Assembly: GCA_035193785.1 (NCBI GenBank)
Contig: CP136572.1
Span: 2,580,578-2,644,577, forward strand
DNA: 64,000 nt
Direction of reading: 5' to 3'
Source of the DNA: Planktothrix sp. GU0601_MAG3
Lineage (GTDB): Bacteria > Cyanobacteriota > Cyanobacteriia > Cyanobacteriales > Microcoleaceae
Both the position numbers and the translations under genes were made by a program. Shown here in pieces: positions 46,862-58,568 of the stretch. The notes under the pieces were generated by a model that was not told the origin of the DNA, did not search any database, and was given only the letters and a program-made list of their open reading frames with translations. Position 1 is the first letter of the stretch. Each line of letters begins with the position of its first letter.

Positions 46862-46961
46862 CTCTTGATGTTAGAAGTTGGAAGCCTACACTTACTTTAG
46901 AAACACAAAGACACGGAGACATTAAGAAAGAATTCCTGTTTTTGTGGTTAATCAAATTAAA

Positions 46962-47053
46962 CAGGAATTACGCAGAATACCCAATTATACACCATCTGTA
47001 GGGGCGAATGGCCATTCGCCCCTACTAGATATGGTTGTTTTGCGTAAGTCCTG
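46962..47053. mobile_element. MITE family A, cargo type 2
   Basis: Ends caggaattacgca...tgcgtaagtcctg; duplication TTAAA; internal GTAGGGGCGAATGGCCATTCGCCCCTAC. Confidence 0.85.
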
Positions 47054-47371
47054 TTAAAGTAAACCATACACCCATTTAACCAGTTCAGGCGATCGCAACA
47101 CTCCTTCATGGCGACCAACAGGTTGACCCTTTTTAAATAAGATTAATGTCGGTAAGGCCATAATATTATATTGAGAAGCCAGTTCCGGGTATTTATCACT
47201 ATCGATTTTAACAATTTGGATTTGTTGATTCATTTCTTGATTGACTTCTTCCAAAATTGGGGTCATCATTTGGCAAGGGCCACACCAAGTTGCATAGAAG
47301 TCTACTAACACTGGAACGTCAGAATGGGTTAGTAGTTCTTGAAAGTTATTAAAGGTTTGTTTAACGGCCAT
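47054..47371 (-). CDS. trxA: Thioredoxin (probably y-type)
   Basis: VLVDFYATWCGPC active site; likely start MAVKQTF. Confidence 0.9.
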   Translation of the reverse strand: MAVKQTFNNFQELLTHSDVPVLVDFYATWCGPCQMMTPILEEVNQEMNQQIQIVKIDSDKYPELASQYNIMALPTLILFKKGQPVGRHEGVLRSPELVKWVYGLL

Positions 47372-47404
47372 AGTTGATGCTCGGAAAGTTTTGGATCTCA
47401 ATTA

Positions 47405-47509
47405 TATAGCAGTTGCCACATCTATTAGGACATTGTTGAAAGCTAAAAGCTGCTCATAGTAAGTATTTACCCATTGCCAATTGCCCATTCCCTATTACCT
47501 CTTGCTATA
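47405..47509. mobile_element. TA-flanked MITE family B
   Basis: Ends tatagcag...ttgctata; a near-identical inverted copy is at 60405-60509. Confidence 0.8.
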
Positions 47510-47510
47510 A

Positions 47511-48362
<852 letters not shown>

Positions 48363-48505
48363 AATCACATTCAGGATTTAGATAGATGACGAGGATTTCA
48401 AGGATTGAGTAAATTTGTGATTGAAGTCTGTGTCATTCGTCTAAATCCTTAATTCTGGTTTTATAATCTAATTATTCTATCTAATCCATGACAATAATTA
48501 GGGCT

Positions 48506-48764
48506 ATGGATGCAATCACCGATACCGAAGTTCAGAAAAACTTCACCGCAGTCATGAACCAAGTTTGTGATGATCATGCACCGATTATCATGACTCGGGA
48601 GTCAGAAACCCCCTGTGGTGATTATTTCCTTGGAAGACTATAACGCGATAGAAGAAACGTTGTATTTACTGCAAAGTCCTAAAAATGCTGAACGTCTTAC
48701 CAAAGCATTACAAGATTTGAAACGAGAAAACTATCAAAAGCATGACTTAATAGAAGTTGAGTAA
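48506..48764 (+). CDS. yefM: Phd/YefM antitoxin (apparent frameshift at ~48606; absent from the ORF track)
   Basis: Restored sequence: MDAITDTEVQKNFTAVMNQVCDDHAPIIMTRESEPPVVIISLEDYNAIEETLYLLQSPKNAERL...DLIEVE. Confidence 0.88.
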
Positions 48765-48776
48765 AGTGTAAAGTGG

Positions 48777-49034
48777 ATGAATATTCTATTTTTAGAAGAT
48801 GCTTGGCAAGATTATCTCTATTGGCAAAAAAATGATCAAAAAATCTTAAAACGGATTAATGAGTTAATCAAAGATATTCAGCGATCACCTTTCTCTGGAA
48901 TCGGTAAACCCGAAGCGCTTAGATTTAATATGTCGGGACTTTGGTCACGAAGAATCGATCAAGAACATCGACTCATTTATCAAATTAAAGATGATTCTAT
49001 TATTATTGTTCAATGTCGCTATCATTACTCTTAA
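48777..49034 (+). CDS. yoeB: Txe/YoeB toxin
   Basis: AWQDYLYWQ, GIGKPEAL, WSRRIDQEHRLIY and CRYHY. Confidence 0.93.
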   Translation: MNILFLEDAWQDYLYWQKNDQKILKRINELIKDIQRSPFSGIGKPEALRFNMSGLWSRRIDQEHRLIYQIKDDSIIIVQCRYHYS

Positions 49035-49041
49035 TCTAAAT

Positions 49042-49180
49042 TATAGCAATCCTAAATAGGTTGTAACATTTCAATACTGATATGAAACAGTCAGAAGTAT
49101 TACCCCAGATCCGGTGTTCCCAGATCCGGCGTTCCCTTTTGATCAGGAATTTTGAACACAACTCAAATAGGATTGCTATA
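49042..49180. mobile_element. TA-flanked MITE family C
   Basis: Perfect 13-bp inverted ends TATAGCAATCCTA/TAGGATTGCTATA extending imperfectly to ~23 bp; an internal cccagatccgg(t/c)gttccc duplication. Confidence 0.78.
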
Positions 49181-49235
49181 TCAATTTTGAGATCCTCGCT
49201 TTCTATGGGCATATTGTTTCAATACCCAACAATTT

Positions 49236-52200
49236 TTAATCTTGATTCGGGTCTATTTCCCCAGAATTTTTAATCACGGGCAAAATAAAAGGCTGGGGTT
49301 TGCCAATGCCATAGCCTTGAACATAATTAATCCCAATATTTTTAAGTTCTGTTAAAATAGCATCATTTTCCACAAATTCAGCAATGGTTTTAATTTTCAT
49401 AACGCGACCAATGCGATGAATTGATTCAACAATTTCCCGGCCAACGGGGTCAGTTAAGATATCTTTAACAAAACCTCCATCAATTTTTAAGTAATCAATC
49501 GGCAGGGCTTTTAAATAGGAAAAAGAAGACATTCCACTGCCAAAATCATCGAGGGCAAAGGAACAACCCAACTCCTTAAAAGATTGAATTAGCTGCACGG
49601 CTTTTTTGAGGTTGGCAATAGCTACGGTTTCTGTAATTTCAAAACAAATCATTGTGGGAGGAATTTTATACAGTTCAAACTGTTGATAAAGAAACTCAAT
49701 AAATTGATTATCATTCAGACTCGCACCGGATAAGTTGATCGCATAAAAGTCTTGATTTTTCGAGGTATTTGGGGTTGAATTTAAACTCTGATTATCTTTT
49801 TCTAAATAGCTAAAAACCGTACTAATTACCCAACGGTCAATACTTTTCATTAAATCATATCTTTCCGCGGCTGGAATAAACGCCATCGGGGGTACTAATT
49901 GACCAGATATATCTCTTAACCGTAGTAAAATTTCCCCGTGTTTATGGGATTTTGAGGTAGGATTAACCTCAACTATAGGTTGATAATATAAACAAAAACG
50001 ATCTTCTTCTAGGGCTCGCGGAATTTGAGCCGCCCAGCGAATTTCCCGGCGTTGTTGAATCAAATCTTGGTCATTAGCTTGATACAGGTTGACTCGATTA
50101 CGACCTTGATTTTTAGCCGCATAACAAGCGGCATCCGCCGCACTCAAAATCGTGGCTAAATCGGTGGTTTGATGATCAATTTCAACTAATCCAATACTGA
50201 CCCCGACAGAAAAAACTCTTTCTTCCCAGGTAAAGCGAAAATTTTTCACTAAATTACACAGGTCTACGGCTTTTTTATGGGCTTCATCTAAGGAATAGTT
50301 ATTTAATAATAGGCCGAATTCGTCCCCCCCTAAACGGGCTAGGGTATCCCTTTCCGTGACTTGATTTTGTAATAAACAACTCAATTGTCGGAGTAATTCA
50401 TCCCCGGCTAAATGCCCACAGGTGTCATTAACAATTTTGAATTGATCTAAATCTAAATAACAAATTGCATGATGATTTGAGGATTTCGGCAACATTTTTA
50501 AGGTTTGTGTCACCCGATTTTCAAATTCACTGCGATTAATTAATCCGGTTAAGGCATCATGGCAAGCTTGCCAGGATAATCTTCTAGTAAGTTCCCTTTC
50601 TTGGGTAACATCTCGAAATACTAAAACGGCCCCAATAATTTCACCATCTCGATTTCTAATTGGGGCGGCAGAATTATCAATAGATAGTTCTTTTCCGTCT
50701 TTTGCCCTTAAAATTACATTATCGGAAAAATCAAAAATACACCCTTCTTCTAAAACTTTTTGAACTGCATTTACACCGAAATTACGAGTTTGACTATCAA
50801 AAATTTTGAAGATGTTATTTAAGGCTAAACCCTTAGCTTCTATTAATGACCAACCTGTTAATTTTTCAGCCACGGGATTGAGGGATTCAATTTCTCCCTG
50901 ATTATTGGTGGTAATTACGGCATCGCCAATGGATTGTAGGGTAACTTGGGCTAATTCTCGGCTTTGTCTTAACTGATTTTCACTGGATTCTAGGGCAACT
51001 AACATTAGGGAGTTTCTTAATTCTTGGGCGACTTCAATTTCAACGGGTTTCCAAGGTAGGGATTTTAATTTAACGGTTTCTTTCCAAAGTTCAAAAGATC
51101 GCCGAGGGGTTAATTTAATTTCTCCCGGTGTTTCGCTTTCCGTGGAATCCTGGGGATTTCCTGCCCAATTAACTGTTTGAATCACTTCTGGTCTAAACCA
51201 AATTAAATGATATTCGCTTTGATTAGGAGACAGGGAAATAGCCATAATTCCACTAATTAGATCATGATAAGATTCAGCTTCAGGATAAAGTTTAGGTAAA
51301 CAATCGGTATAAAATATTTCTTGATGGCAATATTGAGATAACCATTCTGTCAGTTTTTTAACTTCGCTTAAAGGCGGGGTTTTACCTACTAAAATTAAAT
51401 CTTCTCCAAATCGGATGACCGCCCCTTGAGCTTTAACAAGATTGAGTAAATTCGTTTGATCTTGAGCTAAGGTTTGAATAAAAGAGGTTTCTAAAGCGGT
51501 TACATTCAGTAAATTTTTCCGAACTGATTTAAGAATTTCACGGTAATATTCATAATCTTCACTAATTTCTTTATAGGGTAATTCTACCGCCATAACTTGT
51601 CCTAAAAATTCGCAGGATTTACGAATAGTATAGGATAGATAACTGGAAGAATAATGGTGACACGCAATTAAACCCCAAAGTTTTTCTCTTTTAATCAGAG
51701 AAATACAGAGAGTCGCTTGAAACCCCCATATTTTTTAGGTATTGTAAATGGCAGGGAGAAACCGTTCGGAGAACGGAAAAACTCAAATCTAGGGGCTTTT
51801 GGGTGGTTGGATGGAGGGGCGGAATAATATCAACGGGTTGATGATCAACATCTACTAATAGTCGCAACCAATTTTGTCGATAGAGTTCCCTCGCGGCTTC
51901 GGGAATATCCAGACTGGGGTAGTGTAGTCCTAAAAAACTTTCTAAATCCTGGCGTTTATCCTCGGCAATCACAAATCCATGATTGTCGTAATCAAATTGA
52001 TAGATCATTACTCGGTCAAATCCACTAATTTTTCGGATTTCCTCGGCTAGAAATTGAGTTAAATCCCTAAAGTTAGTGGCGCTTTGAATTTTACAAACTG
52101 AGCCCCTGACTAAATGATAAAAATTGATAAAGGTGACATTTTGATCTTGAGTTGGCTCCAGTTCTAAGATGACAATTCCTTGGTTTCGGTGTAAAATACC

Positions 52201-52503
52201 ATCACAAATAATTTTTTTATTCTTAACATAAAAAATTAGCCGAATCGGATTATAATAGTTAAATTCATTACTAATTAAACATTCTTGAATTTGGGAAAGT
52301 TGCTGTTTGTCTAAAAAATCGCTTAAGGGTCGATTGATCAAAGCATTCGTGGAAATGCCATAGAGTTCCATGGCATTTTGGCTGGCTTGCAAAATCTTCA
52401 GGTCGGCTTCTTGCAAGGTCAACAACAGACCATGAGGTTGAATTCTACCCTGGGGATGAATCAGTTCTGGGTTAGTCTGAACAAAGTCATTATTAAAGCT
52501 CAT
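49236..52503 (-). CDS. Phytochrome (PAS2-GAF-PHY)-PAS-GGDEF-EAL protein (apparent frameshift at ~51720)
   Basis: IQPHG, GFDRVMIYQF, DIP, SPCH and PRRSF motifs, then ARLGGDEF, EILLRL and DDFGSG. The halves join as NMGVQATLCISLI. Confidence 0.9.
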
Positions 52504-52809
52504 TGTTTTGTTTCACTTCACACATTTTTCCCTATTAGCAGATCATAGAATAATTTCAGGTTATTTCTTGTTACGATATTTTAATTTATCCATGCCCCCA
52601 ATGTTCAGAATTTCTCCTGAAAATCACTCTTGACTTCTTACTATATATATTATAGCAAGCCCGGTTCAACTAACTTACTATTTCGCTCATACCCCTAGCG
52701 GGACTTAAACAAAAACGGCTTCAAACCTTACGGAAAAATTATTTCAACTTGAATGGGTATCCATCCACTTTTGGCAAGGGTTTAAACCCTTTGAGGGGTA
52801 AGAAAATGT

Positions 52810-54015
52810 CTAAGTCCCATTAGCCATTTTGGAACTTGTTAATTGAGGCAAAAATAATACCAAAAAAGCTATGATTAAAAATGCTATGATTCCTAAGCGA
52901 TAACTGATTATTAGATTCAGAGTTCCCAGATATTTCACAATAAGCTCATATCCGCTCATTGCTAAAGAAAACGCCCCAAAATATACTCCCATTCCTAAAC
53001 CGCCTTGATGGGATGGAACCAGAGAAAAAGCAATCGGGACAATTCCATTGGCAACTAAACTATAGCTGGCAATCAGTAATAAACCCACCAGAATAATTAG
53101 GATTTTATTGGTAATAAAAGATAGGAATAATAACAAAATAGCCGTGGTTACTAATCCGATTAAAGTTGCCTTATGATTGCTGATTTTAACGGCAAATAAT
53201 CCCGCAGGAATGGAAGCAAATGCTAATAAAACTAATCCAGAAAACATTATTAATTGGGGATTTCCGCCATAATTTTTAATTACTTGAGGAAAAATTTCCC
53301 CCAAGATTGATCGAGTTCCCAAGGCTGCAAATAATCCCAATATTGCAATAAAAACTAAGTTTCTGAAATATAATTTCTGAGTTGGTTCTTCTGACTGTGA
53401 AATAACACTTAAATCAGGATTAAAATATCTTAAAACTCCCACGGAACCCAATAAAACTAAAGACCCGATTGTAAAGGTAACTCCCGATCCAAAACTGAGA
53501 ATAAACTGACTAGAAATAGGACGAATTGCCCCGACAATACCCCCCATAAAAACTAAAAAACTCATGGCTTGAGGGAGTTTTTTTTCTCCTGCATATTGAC
53601 CTAATAAAGCCGTAACCGGACTTCTGAAAATTGCCATGGCAACGGCCCATAAAATCAATATAATTGGGAATATCCAATGTAAGGAATTAAGGGATTGACC
53701 AAAAATATAAAAGGCGGGAATGGCGATAAATAAAGCTGAGGATAAAATTACTCCTAAACTAATTAAGGGAAATCGGGTTCCCAGCCATCGCCGTTGACGG
53801 TCAGAGAAATTCCCCGCTATCGGTTCAATGATGACTCCTAGGGCATTTTCAATGATTATAATGGTTGAGAATAACCCAGGAAATCCCAAGGAGGCTAGGA
53901 GTTGGGGTAAATATAATCGATAGAGTAACCAAGTTAGGCTAATTGCGCCTTGAACTAAGGATAATCCGATTAACTGAAACCAAAGAATAGAAGGTTTAGA
54001 AGTTGCGGTTGTCAT
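52810..54015 (-). CDS. MFS transporter
   Basis: About 12 hydrophobic segments; GNFSDRQRRWLGTRFP resembles MFS motif A. Confidence 0.8.
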   Translation of the reverse strand: MTTATSKPSILWFQLIGLSLVQGAISLTWLLYRLYLPQLLASLGFPGLFSTIIIIENALGVIIEPIAGNFSDRQRRWLGTRFPLISLGVILSSALFIAIPAFYIFGQSLNSLHWIFPIILILWAVAMAIFRSPVTALLGQYAGEKKLPQAMSFLVFMGGIVGAIRPISSQFILSFGSGVTFTIGSLVLLGSVGVLRYFNPDLSVISQSEEPTQKLYFRNLVFIAILGLFAALGTRSILGEIFPQVIKNYGGNPQLIMFSGLVLLAFASIPAGLFAVKISNHKATLIGLVTTAILLLFLSFITNKILIILVGLLLIASYSLVANGIVPIAFSLVPSHQGGLGMGVYFGAFSLAMSGYELIVKYLGTLNLIISYRLGIIAFLIIAFLVLFLPQLTSSKMANGT

Positions 54016-54020
54016 CTGAA

Positions 54021-55062
54021 TTAAGGATTAATGCGATTATTTACCAATTCTATGCCTAAATCGATGGCGGCTCTCATACTCGACCCATCGGCTATTCCTT
54101 TACCCGCAATATCAAAGGCTGTGCCATGATCGGGAGAAGTTCTAATAAAGGGTAAACCAATTGTAGTATTAACCGCTCGATCAAATGCCATTAATTTAAC
54201 AGGAATTAACCCCTGATCATGGTACAAGGCGACGTAGGCATCATGGGCATTTTTTCCTAAATTAAACCAGGCTTGACCGGGCTTAACCCACATTGTATCG
54301 GGGGGAATGGGGCCGTCTAATTGAATATAGGGATAGCGATCTCGTTGTTGATTTAACCAGGGAATTAACCAGTCTTTTTCTTCTATTCCTAACTGTCCAT
54401 TTTCCCCGCTATGGGGATTTAATCCGGCTACGGCAATTCTGGGATTTTCCAGTCCGAATTCATGGCGTAAACAATCTACCAATAATTCTAATTTTAAACT
54501 CAGCAATTCCGGGGTTAAGGTTTGGGAAATTTGCGATAGGGGAATATGGGTCGTAGCTAATAAGGTTTCTTAATGTCCAGCCTGTGTAGGGAGAGCGGGC
54601 AACAAATAGCATTCCAAACCGTTTAACCTGGGCTTTTTCTGCTAAAAATTCCGTTTGTCCGGGATAATTATGACCTGCTAAATTCCAGAGATTCTTAGCA
54701 ATTGGCCCGGTGATCACCCCATCAAATTCTCCTTGCAAAGTTCGGGTGATAGCTGTATCTAAATATTGAAAACTGACCGCCCCACTGGTTTGATTTCCCA
54801 CCCCTATTTCTAATGGGGGTAAACTGGGATCAGGATCTAAATGAATCACCCGTAACTGATGAGGTTTTGCCACTTGAAATCCCTGATTTTGTAATTGTTG
54901 ATAGGTTTCTTGTAAAATGCGATCGCTTCCCACTATAGTTAAATCAGACTTTTGATGTAACATCGGATCAGCTAAGGCTTTTAATATTACCTCTGGCCCT
55001 ATCCCTGATGGATCGCCTAATGTTATCGCTAAACGAGGTAATTTTTTAGATTGAAGCATCAT
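54021..55062 (-). CDS. pdxA: 4-hydroxythreonine-4-phosphate dehydrogenase (apparent frameshift at ~54566)
   Basis: [31 protein letters not shown] and [14 protein letters not shown]; the halves join as [12 protein letters not shown]. Confidence 0.94.
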
Positions 55063-55185
55063 TCAATATCCTTAAAAATCTGTTGATTAAAATTAATATT
55101 ATACAATTATTGTATACTGATCCCCAAACCGTAGTAAGCCCGACCGGGCTTTCTTTCTCTGATTTCTCCCCATTTTTAACCAAAT

Positions 55186-56169
55186 ATGAATATTCCCCCA
55201 ACCCTGAATGTCGCCATCGGTCTATTTTTTATTTATTTACTTCTGAGCTTATTAATATCAGAAATACAAGAATTTTTAGCCAGTTCTATTTTTGATTGGA
55301 GGGCTAAAAATTTATATCGTTCGATTCAATTTATTTTGGGAGATGCAGCTACGGAACTTTTATATCAATACCCTTTAATTAAATCTTGGAAAGATTATAA
55401 ACAACGGGTTAATAAAAATTCTATTGGGCCATCTTATATTCCTAATTCCACTTTTGCCTTAGCATTAATTAGTGTAATTATAGAAAAGTCTGGAGTTCAA
55501 CCAGAAATCAATAGTTTAACCATTGATGATTTTATTCTGGCGATTAACTCAGAGGAGATCAAACAGTTTTTCGACCCAGATCAGATTAAACTGTTCAAAA
55601 TTTTAGCTATAAAAACCAAAAATAAAGCTGGAGATACCGCCAATTTTGAATCCTTAGAAACAGCAATCAGCGATTGGTTTCAACAGTCTATGAACCGGGC
55701 ATCGGGGGTTTATAAACGGCAGGTAAAGCTGATTACACTTGCCATTGGATTCATGGTGGCCATGGGATTAAATGCGGATACATTAAATATTACTAATCGT
55801 CTTTTTCAAGAACCTGTTTTACAGGAAAATATCAGTCAAAGTATTGATATTGTCTTAACTAACAATCCTAATTCTTCCTTGAATAACTGTTTGAACTCAG
55901 ATGCTGACTTAACAAAAAATTGTCAAGATTTAACCGAAAATTTTCTCTATTCTTATTTATTCAACTTTTCTTCTTTACCTCTAGGATGGACTCAATCTAA
56001 CTTAAATCAACAGTTTAATTCAGGGGAAAATATTGTTATTCAACTTTTGAAAACCATCATGGGCTGGGGATTAACTGCGATCGCAATTTCCATGGGTTCC
56101 TCCTTTTGGTTTGATCTACTCAACAAATTAATTAACGTTCGGAACACCGGATCAAAACCCCAAACTTGA
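55186..56169 (+). CDS. Hypothetical membrane protein
   Basis: LNVAIGLFFIYLLLSLLISEIQE, WFQQSMNRASGVYKR and MGSSFWFDLLNKLINVR; three TM blocks. Confidence 0.7.
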   Translation: MNIPPTLNVAIGLFFIYLLLSLLISEIQEFLASSIFDWRAKNLYRSIQFILGDAATELLYQYPLIKSWKDYKQRVNKNSIGPSYIPNSTFALALISVIIEKSGVQPEINSLTIDDFILAINSEEIKQFFDPDQIKLFKILAIKTKNKAGDTANFESLETAISDWFQQSMNRASGVYKRQVKLITLAIGFMVAMGLNADTLNITNRLFQEPVLQENISQSIDIVLTNNPNSSLNNCLNSDADLTKNCQDLTENFLYSYLFNFSSLPLGWTQSNLNQQFNSGENIVIQLLKTIMGWGLTAIAISMGSSFWFDLLNKLINVRNTGSKPQT

Positions 56170-56175
56170 AACCAT

Positions 56176-56207
56176 AAAAAACCCAGCTTCTCAAGGAAAC
56201 TGGGTTA
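56176..56207. terminator. Probable terminator between convergent genes
   Basis: aaaaaacccagcttc-tcaag-gaaactgggtt; the A-tract gives a U-tail on the porin strand. Confidence 0.6.
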
Positions 56208-56229
56208 TTCAAGAAATATTAAAGGGGAA

Positions 56230-58135
56230 TTAGAAGCGGAAAGTTGTCCGCAATGTTCCCACAACAATCGTGTTGTTGTTGCTATTGTGATCAGGATTGG
56301 TGACGACGTAGAAACCCGGTGTCACAGAAATGTACTCGCTGAAGGGGAAGCGATAGAAACCTTCAATATGAATGGAGGTATCTTCATCTTCTAAGCCACT
56401 AATATCATGGCTGACGACTTTCGGGGGCATCCCGACGATTAAACCTCCGGTATCTCCTTCTCGGAGGATATCGGGGAATCCTAACACCGCGGCCCAGTTA
56501 ATAATGTTAGCAGTGTTATCTCCGCCCCGTTTTTGGTCAGCCCAGGTACTCCCAAACCAACCGCCGATGGAGAAGCTGCGAGCCACTCTCCAGTTCATTT
56601 GTACGCCCAGGTTATCTGTGGTTGTGGCGTTTTCACCGAAGGGTTTATTAGCGCCCCAACTGCCTGTACCGCCGGAAACGTATACGTTATCGTTAGTGAA
56701 GTAACGGCGGTTATAATCCAAGGAAAAAACCAGCTTGTCAGTTGGTGCAAAGACTAATTGAGCCATAGCACTATAGGTACCATTGAACAGACCTTGACCC
56801 TGGCTCGCTTGAGAAGCAAAACCATCATCGGCCATATAACCTAGGTTAGCTTTGAAGGCGTGACTAAAGGCATATTCCAGACCTAACCCCGTACCAGAGG
56901 GGCCTTGGAAAGTCGTTGGGTTGAACCGTCCAAAGCGGGAAATTGCGCCACTGGCATCATCGCCAAAGGGAGTCAGAACATCTTGAATATCATCCAAGGC
57001 TAACCCTCTTGCACCGACCCAAACTAAACCCTTTCCTTCAGAGAAGGGGAAACGGTAGGTGAGGTTATCGAGAACAACGTTGCTATTGCGACCATCAATA
57101 CCAGTCCGAGACATTAAGGTGTTGGTGACATCAAAATCACTCAAATTCGGTATGGATTGGGCTTGTAAACGAGTTCTGAGTAAATCTTTACCCGTGAAAC
57201 TGGTATCAAAGTTTAAACGGGCGCGGTAGCCAAAATAGGCTTCGGCGGGGTCATCGCTTTTATGGGCAAACTGACCAACTACGTTATAAGTCGCCCGATC
57301 TCCAAAGGCGTCTCCTGGCCAGAACACCACTTCTCCCCGCAGTTTGGTAGTGGTGGAGAATTGATTGGCTTCCAGTTCTCCTGTACGGGCTTCTAATACC
57401 GCCACTCGTCCGCGCAGACTGGATAATTCGGCGGCAAATTCTTCCATGAGGCGTTGCAGTTTCGCCAAGTCCTCACGGGTGACTAAATCTTTGGTTGCGG
57501 CGTCGATCAGTTCATTGATCCGCTCTAAACAGGCGTTCACCCCAGCAGCGAATTCAAAACGGGTTAAAGCACGATTCCCTTTGAAAGTTCCATCGGGATA
57601 CCCTGCAATACACCCATAGCGTTCTACTAAGGATTGTAGAGCTTGGAACGCCCAGTCCGTCGGTTGAACGTCGGACAGTTGGGATACGGAGGTAACTTGA
57701 GCTTGACCCTTGTTGCCCCGACCTTCGCGGCCATATTCATTAAGTTGTTGCATCACCTCGGCGTTATTAGCCGCATCGCTTTGAGGTGCTGCGTCGAGAT
57801 CCGCTAGGGGAATCTCATTATTAGCAGGAGTTTCGATGCCTCTACTCGGCCCCACTCCAGCATGGGGATTCACGGGAACTTGAGCTAATTGTTGGGATGG
57901 GGTGAGGGTCAAGGTGTCCAAAGGACTTACGGAGACTTGCTCACTAATTTTTAACTCAGTTTGGATGGGTTTCCAAAGGGGTTTCTGCCGGGGCAGATGC
58001 TTCGGTTACCGCTGCGATCGCAGTGGGCCCGGCCTCAGTCACGGGTAACTCTGCGAATGCTGTCATCGGGGTTAATAAACTAGCCCCCAAAACGGCAGGA
58101 CTGAGCAGCCATGCTTTCAGTAGTATTTTCGACAC
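56230..58135 (-). CDS. Cyanobacterial SLH-domain outer-membrane porin (OprB-like; apparent frameshift at ~57970)
   Basis: GTG start after GAGGAG and a signal peptide. VTSVSQLSDVQPTDWAFQALQSLVERYGC, QFSTTTKL and C-terminal GTLRTTFRF. Confidence 0.92.
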
Positions 58136-58487
58136 TAATCTTTGCTCCTCACACGGGTCTAATTTTGATATTCTAGCAAGCACTTTCACCAAACCTACAA
58201 CCATCAATTAAAATCTGGGATTTTTTTGATGTTGGTTTTGTTCCGACTTCACGGGTGGAAGTGTTGGCACAATCGATTCCACAGGCTCCCACGGACAAGT
58301 TATCCGCCGAACATTATTCACTCACTTGATTGTTGTGAGGTTGTCTGTGGTTCTTGAATTTTTCAGATTCTATCAGACTGAATCTGATTTAACCAGATTA
58401 TACTGATCTGTTGGAAATCCCTATTCTACCCTAATTCCTGCCAGGTGGCTGAACAGATTGGAGCTTGGGCCATTCAAGGGAATTACG

Positions 58488-58528
58488 AATGGGTAATGGG
58501 TAATGGGTAATGGGTAATGGGTAATGGG
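58488..58528. repeat. STRR heptamer (AATGGGT)n
   Basis: About 6 copies, read directly. Confidence 0.85.
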
Positions 58529-58568
58529 GAATTGATCAAGTATCTGTAGTGAATATCAACAGCTTATA

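Noticed and set aside
49082..49273. 63-aa ORF after yoeB
   Set aside because: It lies mostly inside MITE C and overlaps the phytochrome stop.
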